64,000 bases of DNA, taken from positions 124,001 through 188,000 of the forward strand of contig JADIIX010000005.1 of the NCBI GenBank assembly GCA_027604505.1. The letters are read 5' to 3'. The position numbers and the translations under genes were made by a program. The notes below the pieces were generated by a model. The model saw nothing but the letters and a program-made list of their open reading frames with translations. It did no database searches and was not told where the DNA came from. The stretch comes from Gonapodya sp. JEL0774. Lineage: Eukaryota. Positions 11,779 to 24,995 of this stretch are shown here, piece by piece (positions within the stretch are counted from its first letter, which is position 1; each line of letters starts with the position of its first letter).

Positions 11779-14700
11779 CTACACCACCACCACAGGTGAC
11801 CCGACTCTCTGGTCCATTCCCCTCACTTCTTTCCCCGCCTTACCCTCCCCCGCCTTACCCTCCCTCCCCCCCCCCCCCCTCTCCATCCACCCAACCCGCC
11901 CCGTCCCCACCCCCCCACTCTGCCCCCCTCACCGACCCCCCCCGGCCACATTCCCCACGACCCTCTGCACCAACCTCCAACTCTCCTCCACCAACTCCTC
12001 GACCCCCTTCACCTTGGCCTCCTCCTCCGACACCTCTTTCCTGCCCACGCCACACCCCTCCACGCTTTCCATCCTGACCCCCCTCGCCACCATGGCCCCG
12101 TGCAGTGCCGCGCCCCGCTTATGGAGCGCCTGGACGAGCCAGACTTGTGTGGGGCGGTGCTTGCGGGGCACGGCGACGAACTGGGGTAAGGGGTCCACGG
12201 GGAACGGGACGAAGGGGTTGGCGTGGGCAGAGGAGGGGGAGGGGAGGAAGGGGTTGGTAAAAGACAGGGTGGGTACGTCGGAGTGGGATGTGGGCGAGAG
12301 GGGCAGGGGGAGGAACGAGCTGGGCGGTGGGGCGGTGTGGGCGGTGGGCGCGGGGGGGGGGGGCGGGGCCGGGGGGGGACGGAGGGCCAGCCCCGGACGG
12401 CGAGAGGGCCAAACANNNNNNNNNNGCGGGCTGCCGCAGTGGAGTGTGTCTGAGCCAGCCGCGCGTCGCGTTTCCTCCACTCTGTACTACCCCAACCAAG
12501 CAAACCACAACTCACTGTTTTTTGACCACCCTATGCACTCTCACTTGCCCCATATCCCTATCCCATACCCCTGCCCCCACCCCCACCCCCACCCACCCGG
12601 CACACTCGTCACACCCCACACTTCCCTGATGCGGATCCCAAATCGCGGGCCGGTGCGCCACGTGGGCCAGCACCGCCACGAGCGGGTCCAGCGCGGTGTC
12701 GGGGGCCGCCGCGGGGGGTGCGGGGGCCGGGGCGGGGGGAGGGAGCGGGGAGGGTGCGCGGGCCTGTGCCGTGCTGGCGGTGGCCCCGTCCCGCTCTTTC
12801 CCCTTCTCCTTGCCTCCCCCCCCACCACCAAGGAACTTTCCAAACATCCCCATGACCGACTTGCCCACCTGGGCCGCCGCCGTGGCGCCCGCCCTTCCCA
12901 TCGCCGCAGCACCCGCACCCGCACCCGTGCCCGTGCCCGTGCCCGACCCCCCTCCACCCCCGCCCAAAGAAGACCGCACAGGCCGCGTCTTTGCCACGTA
13001 ATACGCCGCCACCAGCTCGCCCACCGACGCGCGGACCGCGGGGTACAGGGCCGCGGGCATGTCGGCCACCAAAGGGCTCACGCAGGCCGCGCAGGACGCG
13101 AGGGATGCGGCGGGCGTGGGTGTGGGTGTGGTCGTTGGTGTGGGTAGAGTGGCCGTCCCCGTCCCGTCGCGCACGGCTGCTGCGTAGGTGCGTACCAGGA
13201 GTGGCGCGACGTGTGCGTACGAGCGGCGGTCGGCTGGTGTGACGAGGGACGATACGTGGGCAGAGAACGAGGCGAGGAACGGGTGTGCGGGGGGTGGTGG
13301 AGTGGGAGTGGGTGGTGGTGGTGTGGCTGTGGCTGTGCCGGAGCGGGAGGGGACGGCCGCTGCAGCGCACGCCGCGGCGACGCCCTCCCTGGTACCGCCC
13401 ACGATGTGCCAGAAGCGGGTCTTTGCGGCGACTGTGGCGGGGGTGTCGGTTGGGAGGACGAGGAGGGCCGGGAGTGGGGTCGCGGGCGCGGGGCTGGCTG
13501 GTGTGGTGAAGGCGGAGAGTACGGTGAAGCCGGAGGATCCGGGTGCGGTGACCGCCGCCGCAGCGTGCGCCACGCCCGCGTACAGAGCGACCACAAAGCT
13601 GAGTCTCGGCGTCGCCGCGATGAGGGACAGAGCCGTGTCGAGGATGTCGAGGAGCGTGGTGTGCGTGGTGTGTCCGTGGGTGGTGGTATGGCCTGACCAC
13701 ACCGAGCCGGCACCGGTGACGTGCACCGCGCGAACCAGGAAGGCGACGATGCGGGCGGCGAATTCCGGTAACGTGGATCCCGGGACGAGGTCGGACACGA
13801 ACTGGGGAGCGGGGGGTGCGTCGGCGGGGTTTGAGGCGGTGGCGGTGGAGGAGGAGGTCGAGGACGAGGACGAGGAGGACGAGAAGAGTGTGGACACGGA
13901 GGAAGACGAGGACGTGGAGGGGCGGCGGGAGGAGGAAAAGGCGGAGAAGAGAGAGAAGGATTTCTCGGCTTCGGGGGCCATCATGGAGGTGGCGGTGTCG
14001 GGGAGGAGGGTGTCGAGGGGGGGGTGGCCTGCGGGGGAGGGGAAGAGGGGGGTGAGGGGATACGGGTGTGGACGGGGTGAGGAAGGGTAGGGGACCGGGT
14101 GTGGGAAGAGTGGGGAAGGCGGTTCGGTTGGTAGGTGAACCAGCGACATGAACAGAATAGAAAAAGGAGTAAACTAAGCCAAACCAGACGCCCATTCCCA
14201 ACCCCACTGCCATAACCCCATTCCCATTCCCATTTCCAATCCCAATCCCAATCCCAATCCCAATCCCATTCCCAATCATTCCCATTGCCTTTCCCATTCC
14301 CAACCACATTCCCAACCAACCCCCTCAGATTCCCAACCAACCAAACCCAACCCAACCCCCTCAGATTCCCTACTCACGTCCAAAGTACTCCGCGACGAGG
14401 GAGGCGGAGTGGAGGAGGGCCTTTTCGAGGAGGGCGTGGGGGAGGGAGGAAGGGGCTGGGAGGAGTGGAGGTGGGGAAGAAGATGCTGCAGCTGGACCTG
14501 CACCCCCACCTCCAACACCACCGGGACCACCGGGACCAGGGTCGTCATGTTTGACCCATACGGGCCAGTGGAAGTCGTCCTGCATGTCGTGGGAGGGGTA
14601 GAAGAGAGCGCACCAGCCAAAGATCTCTCTTTCGGCGGATGAGTCGCCGATGGCACGGGACTGGAGGAAGACGGTGCGGAAGAAGGAGTCGAGGAGGGAG

Positions 14701-15030
14701 AAGAGCGGGTTGTGGGGGGGAGAGGTGGGAGAGGTGGAGGTAGTAGGCGGGGAGTGGGGGTGGGGGTCGGTGGAGGAGAGAGCGGAGTGGGCAGCCAGGA
14801 TGTGGGAGATCAAGTCAGCAGCGGTGGATTGGGAGAGGGAAGAGAGGAAGGCGAATGGGTGAGAGGAGTTTGGTGGGTTGAGAGAGGGGGAGAGAGCGAG
14901 TTGGGTTGTTGAGGTTGAGGTGGAGGGGGAGACTTTGAGTGCGTTGACAACGACCGCCTGAGTTGCCAGATGCTGGAGTGGGCTGAGCAGCTGCATGACA
15001 TCGCTGTCTCTGCAGTACCGACACGCAGCA
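11779..15030 (-). CDS. Large hypothetical low-complexity, alpha-helical protein (multi-exon; interrupted by N gap; ends uncertain)
   Basis: Long minus-strand ORFs 14370-15434, 12512-14149 and 11929-12480 have protein-like helical segments separated by S/P/G/T runs. No family recognised. Confidence 0.5.
14215..14370. repeat. CCCAAT/CCCATT hexamer microsatellite-like tract, probably intronic
   Basis: Run of cccatt/cccaat units, followed by two copies of ccaacccccTCAGATTCCC. Confidence 0.85.
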
Positions 15031-16039
15031 GCCTGGAGTCCACGATGATTCCCCTTCCCGTCCTTCCCCTTGCCCTTGGCCCCCGCTGCCCCTTCCCCTT
15101 CCACTCTCCTCTCCACCCTCCCCTCCACCCTTCCCCCGCTGTCCCTGTCTGTGTCTGCCGCTGCTGCGATCATCCTTATTCCAGTTTCTTCTTCTTTTTT
15201 TCTCCCTTGTGTGCTCCTTTGTCTTTCTCTCGGGGGGGAGGGGGAAATGTCTGTGTCAGGTGCTGTGGAACCTTCCGTCCCTCGGTGGTCACAGCATCCG
15301 CACATTCGGCCCTCTGCCGCACCCTCCCGCACCCTCCCTCTCTCCCTCTCTCCCTCTCCCTCCCTCCCTCTCTCCCTCCCTCTTCTCCCCCCATCAATCC
15401 TTGTAACCATCTGATATATATAGAAAAAGTACACTCCTCATCCAACGCTTACCCTCTATTCCCTCTGGCTTCACCTGGATCCATCGTTTCACAATACATG
15501 TATCTATCCATTTTATCACACCACCCACCCGGAAAGGTGCCCACAACACAGCGACGGACGACGGCTCACTACAGTCTGTGTTTGCGGGTGCCGTCCGCTA
15601 AGCTCCAAGGGTTATTGTCTCCTTGGTGTAGTTTTATATCGCGCAATTTAATGTTGGTTCACCCCCACAGGGCAGCCTCCGTCGTGGAAGCTGCGAATCT
15701 TTCCAACTCGAGGTCCAACAACAATCTGATCATTGCCATTCGACTTTGGAAATTGAAACGTCGTAGAAGAAACAAGTCAACTTCTCATTTCGTTGCGGCG
15801 ATCACGGTAAAGAGAGTGTGTTCGATTGCATTATGATTTCTTTTCATTCAGCTAGCGCCCAGCGTGTAATACGCATCCCGGAGAGGCGCTTCAACATGTA
15901 CAAGTACAGAATACCAGACGTTGAATACCTTACATACAACGCCGCTCAATTGCACCAGTCATTCCGAAAGTCTCAAATGGAGGGAGCGAACCTGTAGCTG
16001 GTTTAAAAAAGAACGTTGAGACGTGATTATGGGGCCAGA

Positions 16040-17960
16040 ATGCTTCTTGGTATCGCCGTTTGAATTTTGAGGAACGCAGAAGAGTTCCTCGCACAATGAA
16101 TTGAGGCAATGGCACCTGCACACCGCCCCGTATGCTGTATGCTCCTATTCCACAACCCACAACAACCCACAACAACTCACAGCCCGGACACCCTGGCCCG
16201 AATCTTTGAAGTCCGCTTTGACTAGGCTGCTCACGGGTTTTCGTCTACATGCCGGTACCGCGTCAGGGGATACTCTGGCGTCAAGACCGTGGGACCCGAA
16301 CTGGCGTGACGACAGGGAGGAGGGACGGGGCCGCACCTTGGGGCAGGCGCTGGGAGGAAGGTGGCATCTGGCCGCCGGAGGACCTGAGAACGCTGAGGAA
16401 ACGAGGAAGCGAGGGTTTTGGTGCGAGCGGGTAGGGGACTAACACGCGTTGGCGTTGCTGTCTTGCCCCCCAGGCAACCAGTCTTGAACGGGAGGAATGT
16501 TGCGGCGTCACCGGGGAATCCGGCGTGGCATGGGAGAACACGTCGTCCACGTGGAGCGCGACCGCCTGTCCACCTCTCCGTGGTGCGCTCTAGAGACGTC
16601 CCGTTCCCTCACACCGTTTGGAACGGGACGGCCAAGAGACGGGTTTAGAAGTAGTAGAAGTCTCTGCTTGCTGTTGTCGTGTACTTATTGTGCGATGTTA
16701 GTTGGTTGTTCTTGAGTCGCATCCCCAGTTCCCCATCAAATCAACAACTAAACCGAACAGTGGTGTGAGCCTTCTCTTCATTACACAATAACATCTACTG
16801 TTGCTGATGGACCCCGCTGAAATAAGTTTTCTCCCACATGCAAGACATGCAGTGAGACAGATGCACTGGGAGGCATGTTTGCTGAACATGGCTTGCTCTG
16901 CACTCGCGCAAACCATTCTAGGTGAATTTCCTCTCGTGTCCGAGGTGAAGGCATGGAGTTTTTGTGCAATGTATATGCGAGAGAAGCAGTCGGCACAACA
17001 CATGAAGTTTGCCCCAAAGCTAATGAAGGAACATTCCGCACAATTTGCTACCGGAATAAGAAATGATTGATGTGAGATTTGGTTGAGGTACAGGCAATAG
17101 AAAGAATACACAGGGCGTTCTGGATATTGGTTTGCGGGGAGAGAGTTCGGAATTCACGTCCGTTGAAGTCCAAACACTCCGGAATATCAAGGGACAGAGC
17201 TTCAGAATAAGCAGCCAAAACAATATTTCAGTCACAGCAACAACTGACGCTGTCGTATTTCGGAGCAGCCGCTCTCTCTGATGCTCTTGCGCGACCACAG
17301 TGCAAGGCCAACAAGAATGACTGTGGCCAGTAATCTCGAACAACATCATGGCGAATCCACCTACGCTACAAGACCAAGCTCTGTTCGCGGAACACCAAAA
17401 AATACCGCATAAGCGAGCGTATAGAATTTCTAAGCGCGCAGTGGTGGTCGCGACCGAAAGGGCTGGTGAGTGAGGGTTCTCTTTCAACACGCTGTGATGA
17501 CGTCAGTTCATGGAAAGATGTGCCCAGAAACGACAAAAGCACTCTTACCGACGAAAAGGCACGAAGTTGAAGAGGCTAAACTTCAGGTGCAAGAGCTACG
17601 GGAGCGAGTGATGGCTAAAAGAGCCGAGGGGAGGACATTGAAGACGACGGTGGAAATGAGTGCGAGTCACAAAATCCCATCCACTAAGTTGCACTCAGGG
17701 TTACTCAAGGCAATGAGCTTTTCTTTTGTTAGCCTAGACATGTTGGAAGGGAAACATGCATTACCCCGCATTGAGTAGTATAAGATGTGGAATGTACCAC
17801 GACGATGACTCGGAGACTGAGAGCCAGCAGGGGCACCCCAAGCGAACCACACAAAGCACAGGTGCGTTTCGATATGCTGTGGGGGCAAGCTTGATAAAGA
17901 TTTCTCATCGCAATCGGTCACTACATAACATGCTTTTACGGTGAATCTGACCAAGGGCAT
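16040..17960 (+). pseudogene. Highly decayed SNF2-family (Rad5/Rad16-like) helicase relic
   Basis: Ordered motif remnants across frames: LVSP..RQW.LHTAPYAVCSY (motif Ia), LVVLESH (cf. RVVLDEAH), ALAQTILGEF (cf. TPIQNxLxEL), STKL...KAMSFSFVSLDMLE (cf. STK...K.IVFSQFxxxLDLIE), VNLTKG (cf. GLNLTxA). Many stops and frameshifts. Confidence 0.4.
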
Positions 17961-18599
17961 CCTTTAAGTCCTCGAAGCGTCTCCCCTTTGTCGAAGTCTC
18001 GGCCCAATTCAGGTCGTAAGCACTTGGGCCCTCACAAGCGTATTGGGCCTCTTAGGTGTCTCCAACGTAAGTTTTGAACGCGTCTTGAGACTGTAATCCA
18101 CACAAACTGACTTACTCACGGTACCGTGCAGGCACATTTACGCTCGTGTTTCTTGAGATTCTGCTTAAAGGTGCGTGTATTGTGGTTGGAGCTACATTAT
18201 GGTTGAGCTCTGTCGGTGCACCGCGAGCAAGTGCTGGGTTGACGCAAAACTCATCGTTTCAATGAGGAATCTTGAGTGTAGAGCTGCTAGATTGTATTTC
18301 AATTGCTACACAATACAAATTTTCTTTTCGGAAAAAGAAGAATTTGGAGTCAATTTAACGGTTTCAGAGCAACTCGGAGTCCTTTGGACTACTCTGCTCT
18401 GGAATTGCAAAGGAGTCACAAATCAGTCAAGAATTGACTCCGGAGTGACGGGAGCTGTCTTCAGTCGTGGGACGCAATTGGCATTCCACGGGTCAAAAAT
18501 GCTGGTACCGGTTTTCCTCGACGATTGCGCGTGGTTGGGTCGGAGCACTCGATGGCGCCAAGAACGATGCCAGCGCGAGGCATCTGGAGGTGGAGGTGC

Positions 18600-19015
18600 A
18601 TCTGATCAGAGGGCAAAGATGGCGACGTCACTTGGCCATGCGCGGAGACGAAGGGAGACGCCTCAAAGCAGACAAGAACGACGGCCAAGTTGGGCGGTTG
18701 AGTGGGGTGATGCTGTGGAGAGTGCTCGGTGGTAGGGACGAGCCAATCATTTGGAACGGGACGGCCAACAGAGGGGTTTAGGAGTAGCAGAATTCACTGC
18801 TTGTGGTTACCGTGTAGATTTTCAATACTTATTGTATATCATTGGTGCTCATGGTGATATAGGGTTGTTCTTGGATTGCACACCCCTCTCCAGTGGCTAC
18901 CAATTCAACAACTGAAACTGTGCACCAACGTGAGCCTTCTCCTCATTTCGTGCACAACTAATCTACTGCTGTGGACGGACCCTGTGGAGAAGAGGTTTGC
19001 TCCCCATGCAAAATG
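18600..19015 (+). repeat. Degenerate direct copy of ~16480-16845
   Basis: Shared blocks: tttggaacgggacggccaa.aga.gggtttag.agtag.agaa at 16618/18751; ggttgttcttg at 16703/18863; gtgagccttctc.tcatt at 16765/18930; atctactg at 16793/18961. Confidence 0.7.
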
Positions 19016-19325
19016 TAACATGATGTGCTAGGAAGAATTTGCTCAGGATAAGTATCTAAAGCGATATTCCTGTTACCGTAACAACGGATGCTGTATTTGG
19101 CCTCTTACATGTGTGACCACAGAAATGGAGCTCCAGGAAACAGCTGCGGCTTTGTGATCTCTCTCATGCTTGTGGACGAACTCCTCTCAGAAGCAATTCC
19201 AAGGACCAAGAACTCAGATTAATGTATTGCTTTTTCTTGCACCGTACGTATTTCATTCATTTGGATTGCTCCAGTACAGAAATAATGTCAGAACCGGCCA
19301 TGCCCCACGGTATAGTCTGGAAATT

Positions 19326-19530
19326 TTGACTGACAAGGGAACCAACGCGATTCCCTTTCCCTGCACTTGACTCGCTCAAGCCTACTCTTCGAAGTTGTTG
19401 TTTTTGTTTATATAGAGAGAGGAAAGCCTAAATCTCAAGTTTCTGGAGTCTTGACTGACAAGGGAACAAACGCGATTCCCTTTCCCTGCGCTTGGGTCGC
19501 TCGAGCCTACTCTTCGAAATTGTTATTTGT
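19326..19530. repeat. Direct repeat of ~80 bp, two copies with starts 125 bp apart, upstream of the hydrolase gene
   Basis: ttgactgacaagggaac.aacgcgattccctttccctgc.cttg..tcgctc.agcctactcttcgaa.ttgtt at 19326 and 19451. Confidence 0.9.
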
Positions 19531-19793
19531 ATTCATTGAGGGCAAGCTGAGCAATGACCCTCACAAAAGGGACGGAGCTTGCGGACCAGCCCCCACGTCA
19601 GCACATAATATATATGTACGACAAGCGGCGAGGACCAATCTTGCTAATATTTAATCAATTTCATCTTCGAAATCCGGGCTCTTTGAGCTGCCTCAACTGT
19701 CAACATCGGTTTTCTTATCCCCGCTTCCCTTTGGTTCCACCATTTACATTCTCCCCCGATCCGACACCTTCAACGCGCCGCTCCAACGCAACA

Positions 19794-21257
19794 ATGACTC
19801 AAAGTTCCCACAACGTCGAATCTCGGATATCGTTTCTCTCTTCGGATGGATCCACAAAACTCTCTGGTATCCTCTCACTCCCAGCGGTGGACCATCAGTC
19901 TTCGCAAAAGTTGCCTGCACTCCTGTTCATCGCCGGCTCAGGTCCCCTTGACGCTGACGGCACCGCCAGTGCCACCGCAGTCAGCCCTGCGTTGCCTATT
20001 AACATCCAGAAACAGCTCTCCGTGCATCTCACAGATCGACTGGATCTTGTGACACTTCGGTTCGATAAGAGGGGTATTAAGGAGAGCGCCAATCCATCGG
20101 ATCCCAATCTTTTTTACAAAGCAGGTGAGCAGTTGTGGTTGAGTCAGGTTGGGCACTTGTGTGGGAGGGCAGAGAAAACGCGACACCGTTCCGGATTTTC
20201 TGCACGGTCACGGTCGGCACAACATTTGTCTTTCCAGTTATGTGTACCAGAAGGGACTCAATTTGATTTCGGTATTCTTAGGGATAACGGAACTTGTCAG
20301 CGACATCGTCGGTGCTTACCACTTCCTCGCCGCTCATGAGCGCGTTGACAACAACCGCATAATACTCGTCGGACACAGCGAAGGTACGCATCGCATAGAA
20401 ATCTCAAGCACCGGTCAACCCCACCAGTTAAGAGAGTATAAAATTTGTACTAGGCTGCATGCTGATCCCCGCTACCAACCGAGCACTCACTGCTGCATCT
20501 CCCAGCTCACCACCCATCTTCGCCGCTGCATTCCTCTCTGGTTTGGGTATCTCCCTTGTGTCAGCCACGGCCTACCAGCGTCGCCTTCTCTCCCAGGAGA
20601 TCAAATCCACCTCTGGGTTCCTGGGTTTCATCCTTCGCGCCGTGTACGGCTCCGACCCGCAGGCGAACATAGAAGCAAAAGCGCAGCAGCAGTTTGAGGC
20701 GTGGAATGCGTCCAAGGACGATTTCTCGTCTGCGCTGTTTGGAATGATCAAAACGCCGGTGAAGTGGTGGCGCGAGCATGGAGAGTATACCATACCAGGG
20801 AAGTTGGAGGAAGATTACGCGATGATCAATTTTCACGTGCTGGGGATGACAGGGGACTATGGTGAGTTGATGATTGATCCTCTGGGGTCGTCGTGGACAG
20901 CCCTTTGCACGTTCCCTCGCATCTTGTGCGCTCAATATTCCCCCTTAACCTAACACCCCGCCTTTCCCATGGTGACTTGCCCGTCTGCTCCTCACGTTAG
21001 ACATCCAGACAGACCCATCCACCCTCGACCAGGACCTCACCGCCCTCCTCCCTCACGCCGCCTCCCTCCAAGTCCACCGCCTTCCAAAAGTCTCCCACAC
21101 CCTCCGCGAATGTGACAAGCCGAACACGTTTAAGGATATGAAGGCGGATTTGCCGGCCCAGTGCAAAATGCCCGTGGCGGAGGCGGTTGTGGAAAAACTG
21201 GCCACGTGGATCGGGGACGTACTCGGGAGGAGTAGTGGTGGCACTAAAACCGAGTAA
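19794..21257 (+). CDS. Alpha/beta-fold serine hydrolase of a bacterial-looking subfamily (4 exons)
   Basis: LFIAGSGPLDADG, LRFDKRG, nucleophile elbow VGHSEG, acid GDY|DIQT and His in KVSHTL, giving a complete Ser-Asp-His triad. Confidence 0.85.
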
Positions 21258-21919
21258 TGTTTGGCTGGGGCGGCTGCGTGACTGGGTGGTGATCAAGAAC
21301 GGGGGCCTTGAGTCATGAGCGATGTTGCGTGCACAAGAGCCATGCAACCTTGCTGCTCCAATAAACGACAGCGTCAATGCGTTCTGTAACGGGAATATTG
21401 CTTTCCGTTGCTCAATTCTTGCCACTTTTACACGGCGGCCCAGATGTCGGGTTTCTACCGACCTTTCAAAGATCAGACTCAACAATGCTCTAGAATAGCA
21501 CGACCTCAACTTTCTTCGTCAGTACTACCGAGTGTGAATAATACATCCAAAACAGCCGATCGCTTTGTTATCAACTGTCGGGTCATTAGCATTGTACCGA
21601 GTCTCATTTCAATGTCAGTCGCTTTGATAAATAGGCGCTTAAACTGCAAAATCAGGGAATGACTGGCTCAAAAGCCGCTTGTGTGAATGAGGAAGGGATG
21701 AGAGTCGAACGGAGTGCAAATGAAAAACATTATATGTATCTAAAAAGAGAATTCATCCTTCCTCGCATCAGCGTAGGTGTGCGTGGAGCGGGAGGTTGAG
21801 CCTGCCTATTCCGACAACCGCTGATCACCTGTGGTCTGCTGCGAACTGAAGGTTCGCCAAAAACCACAGTTGGTCTAACTCTCCATCTCCATCCCAAAAG
21901 ACTACATTTGACCACGACC

Positions 21920-24613
21920 ATGTGTCATATCGCCGCATCTAAGCCAGCGCTTTCTCTCCCCATCGATCCCCGGGTAGTGAAGGTGCAATTCCCGGCATTC
22001 GACCAAATTGAATCCGGATTCGTTACTTCTTGGCGGGAGTTCACCTTCGATGAAACGAAACCTCTCCTCGGCAAAGGAGGCAACTCCGATGGAGTTCTTA
22101 AAGCCTGGGATAATCTCGATGGAGTTCCTGTTGCACTGAAAGTTGTGAATCTCTGCTCAACCAAGCATCGCCTGGAACAGGGAATGGGAGACCTCACCTA
22201 TGCTTGCAAGATGGAAGTCGCCACATCCTACCTTCTTGGAGGCCATCCTAATATAATGAAAAGCTATAAGGTAATGATTCAAGGGTCGTATATGATACTG
22301 GCCCTACAGCTTGTGCCCCAAGCGATCACTTTGCGAAGGTGGATGGACGTTCAGAGGAAAAAGGTTCTGAAGGCCCTTAAGATGGGAGAGCCCGACTTCA
22401 GTGATCTCGAGCTCCAGATTCTTGCAATAATGTTGTAGTGTGTTGATATCCTACGGTGATTTGGTGTTGCTCACACTGCTCTTGAGGCAATTCTAACTAA
22501 AATATCTTCCCTGTAAGGTATTTGCGACTGAACTCAACTGTTCACACCGATTTGAAGCCCCAGAACTTTATGGTGTATATCGATGAGGTCACCTCCATCC
22601 CCCATATTTTACTCATCGACTTCGGACTGAGCCGCATATTGCCGGACTTCATGCTGCAACCCAGTGCCTGCACTCGGTCTTACGCTCCTCCTGAGGTTTT
22701 GTCCGACAGTGTCGTTACGGTCGATGGATCGGCATTTGACAGTTATTCGTTAGGAGTGATTTTCGTGGAGCTGGGAAGCATTGCTTTGAGAGATCGAGTC
22801 ACAACACCGGTCAACAACATATGCCGTGACGAAAATGGAGATGTTATATTACCGGAAGGCTGGGCCATCTTTGGAGAAATCGGTACCGTGGTATACCAAC
22901 TCCTCTCGATAGACCCAGCAGCGAGACCAACGGCAGAGAGTATTTGGGAATTGAATTGCATCAAACATTTGCGTTGCTTGAAGCCTCTGCGCCCTCTCAG
23001 ACTCAGAGATAAGGACATTCGAGCCAGAGATGAGATGAAACTCCCTTCCAAGATCACAGCAGAATTGGTCACAACACTCAGCTACTGGACGACGTTGCCA
23101 ACGGTTGTTTAAATGATGCCTTAGAAGCGCAGCCTTCTGTCTTCTCGTTGCATGATCCACGCCGCCGTGTTCGGAACCTCGTGAACCGTGTCGTTGATGT
23201 GTGCTCTGAACGAAACGACTTATCAGGCAGCGTTTTCACCACTTTCGAAGAAATTTCAGTGCAAATGACGGGAGTTCCCGCGACTGCTCCCGACACTGGA
23301 CCGGAGACCCCTGAGCGATTCATCAAACGGATGGTTGCTTCGCGCATTCAAGATGCATGGAAGGATGGGAATCGATCATATGATCCCCTTAATGACACCT
23401 TACTCCAAGCAGTCATTCGTTCGGTTCGAAGGAAGGCCTTGGAAAACCTGCCAGATGGGAGGGGAATCACACAGGAACAGAACGCTCGTGTTATATCGAC
23501 GCACCCCCAAGCATTGAAGCAGAATTGGGTACCGAAGGACAAATCAGCTGCACCATGAGTGTAGTCGGAATGCTCACAATGCGCTTCTATTATGTGCAAC
23601 CCCGCAGTAGCCCCCTGGAGAACACTCCAGCTCACAATGAAGCCATCGCTATATGTATTCCCAATGTGCCGTCACTTGAAAGTAACCAACTGCCTCGTAT
23701 CAGTGCTACTACCGCTTGTCCTGTCGAGTCAAACGAAGCACGTGTTGAAGTCGAGCTCGGCAGAAAACAAATCGTTCCGTTGATCGCGTGTACCTTGTTG
23801 GACCATCCCGAAACTTTCACTGACGACGCCGCTCTCGCAAAGGAAAGAACATTTGTCCCATTGATCTCCCCTACCTTGCTGGACCATCGTGAAACTTCCA
23901 GTGACGACGCCGCTCTCGCACAGAAAGCACAACTTAGCGAACGTGCTCAGGATTACTCCTCGGCAATGGATATCGATCCCGCTCCCCCAGTCGTTAGAGG
24001 AACGTCTGAACTCCAAATTCCAAGCGCAAACCATCATGGCGAGATTGCGATAGGTTCGCAGCTACTGATGAAAGACGTCTTAGAAGACAAGGAGAACGTC
24101 GGATCTGGTGAATTGTTGCCACAAGTTCACCATCCAGATGCAACCACCACATACACCGCCAAGATAACCACCGTCGCAAGTGGCCTCAGTGGCACGAACA
24201 ATGACGAAGTGATGACGAGCGGATCTGTCGACATCAGAAGCGACTACAGGGAACCTAGGGAGGCATCCGAAGCTCTGACATCTGCACCCCAGTCACTGTT
24301 TGGACATGAAGAAATTACAACAACTCGGTTGGAGAAGACGGTCGTCCGAAAGGGATTCCTGAAATCTTGTCGGAAAGCTGTAAGAAGTTTCATTCGGTCG
24401 TGTAAACATCCTGAGACCCAGACTCGGCACTCGTGTTACCTCGAACGCGCCACACCGCAGTTGCCGAAACGCTCATTCCTTCGATGGATCGGCGGACGTG
24501 GAAGTAAAGATCATTCAGAACGTCCGGATAATAACACCGCTGCGGGATCCAGATCCTTCGGTGTGACGAAGTCGACGGTATGGAACCGTATTAAATGTCT
24601 TTGGGCTCGTTGA
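21920..24613 (+). CDS. Divergent Ser/Thr protein kinase with long disordered C-terminus (multi-exon)
   Basis: LLGKGG, VALKVV, MEV, HPNI, HTDLKPQN, IDFG, YAPPE, DSYSLG, DPAARPTA. Linkage to the 23148-23558 and 23525-24613 ORFs is inferred. Confidence 0.85.
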
Positions 24614-24995
24614 ATTCAAGTGATGAAGGGCAGGCGCGGATTATAATTGAATCATGAAGGGGAGCGACGGAATGATATCTACCGAAACCAACAGCCGCGC
24701 CAGTCGAGGAGGGCTCGAAGGATAGGAGAGAATGATTGCAATTAAATTGAAGTGTAGTTTGAACGTGAATACATAAATTCCTACATGAGAAGTTCTCATA
24801 ACAAACGCAACATTGCAAATACAACAACAGGTCATTGCGACCACATACGAGCACTGCAAGAAGATACGAGAAAGAATGCATTTTAACTCCACTGTAACCG
24901 ATTATTGTCCACCGTCTGTCCACACTTGAAGCCGCGTCCCATAAATTCGATCGCCAGCTTAACAACTCAGGCGATGGACTGCGTTCTGCTTCATT

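Noticed and set aside
12416..12425. Frame break in the large minus-strand gene
   Set aside because: It coincides with the assembly N gap and homopolymer G/C runs, so it is not evidence of a biological frameshift.
14215..14300. CCCAAT/CCCATT tract as an interstitial telomere
   Set aside because: It is not CCCTAA, the units are mixed, and it lies in a probable intron; simple microsatellite.
11513..14315. Long overlapping ORFs on both strands (544, 568, 300 aa)
   Set aside because: Shadow frames of a GC-rich, low-complexity minus-strand gene; no independent protein features.
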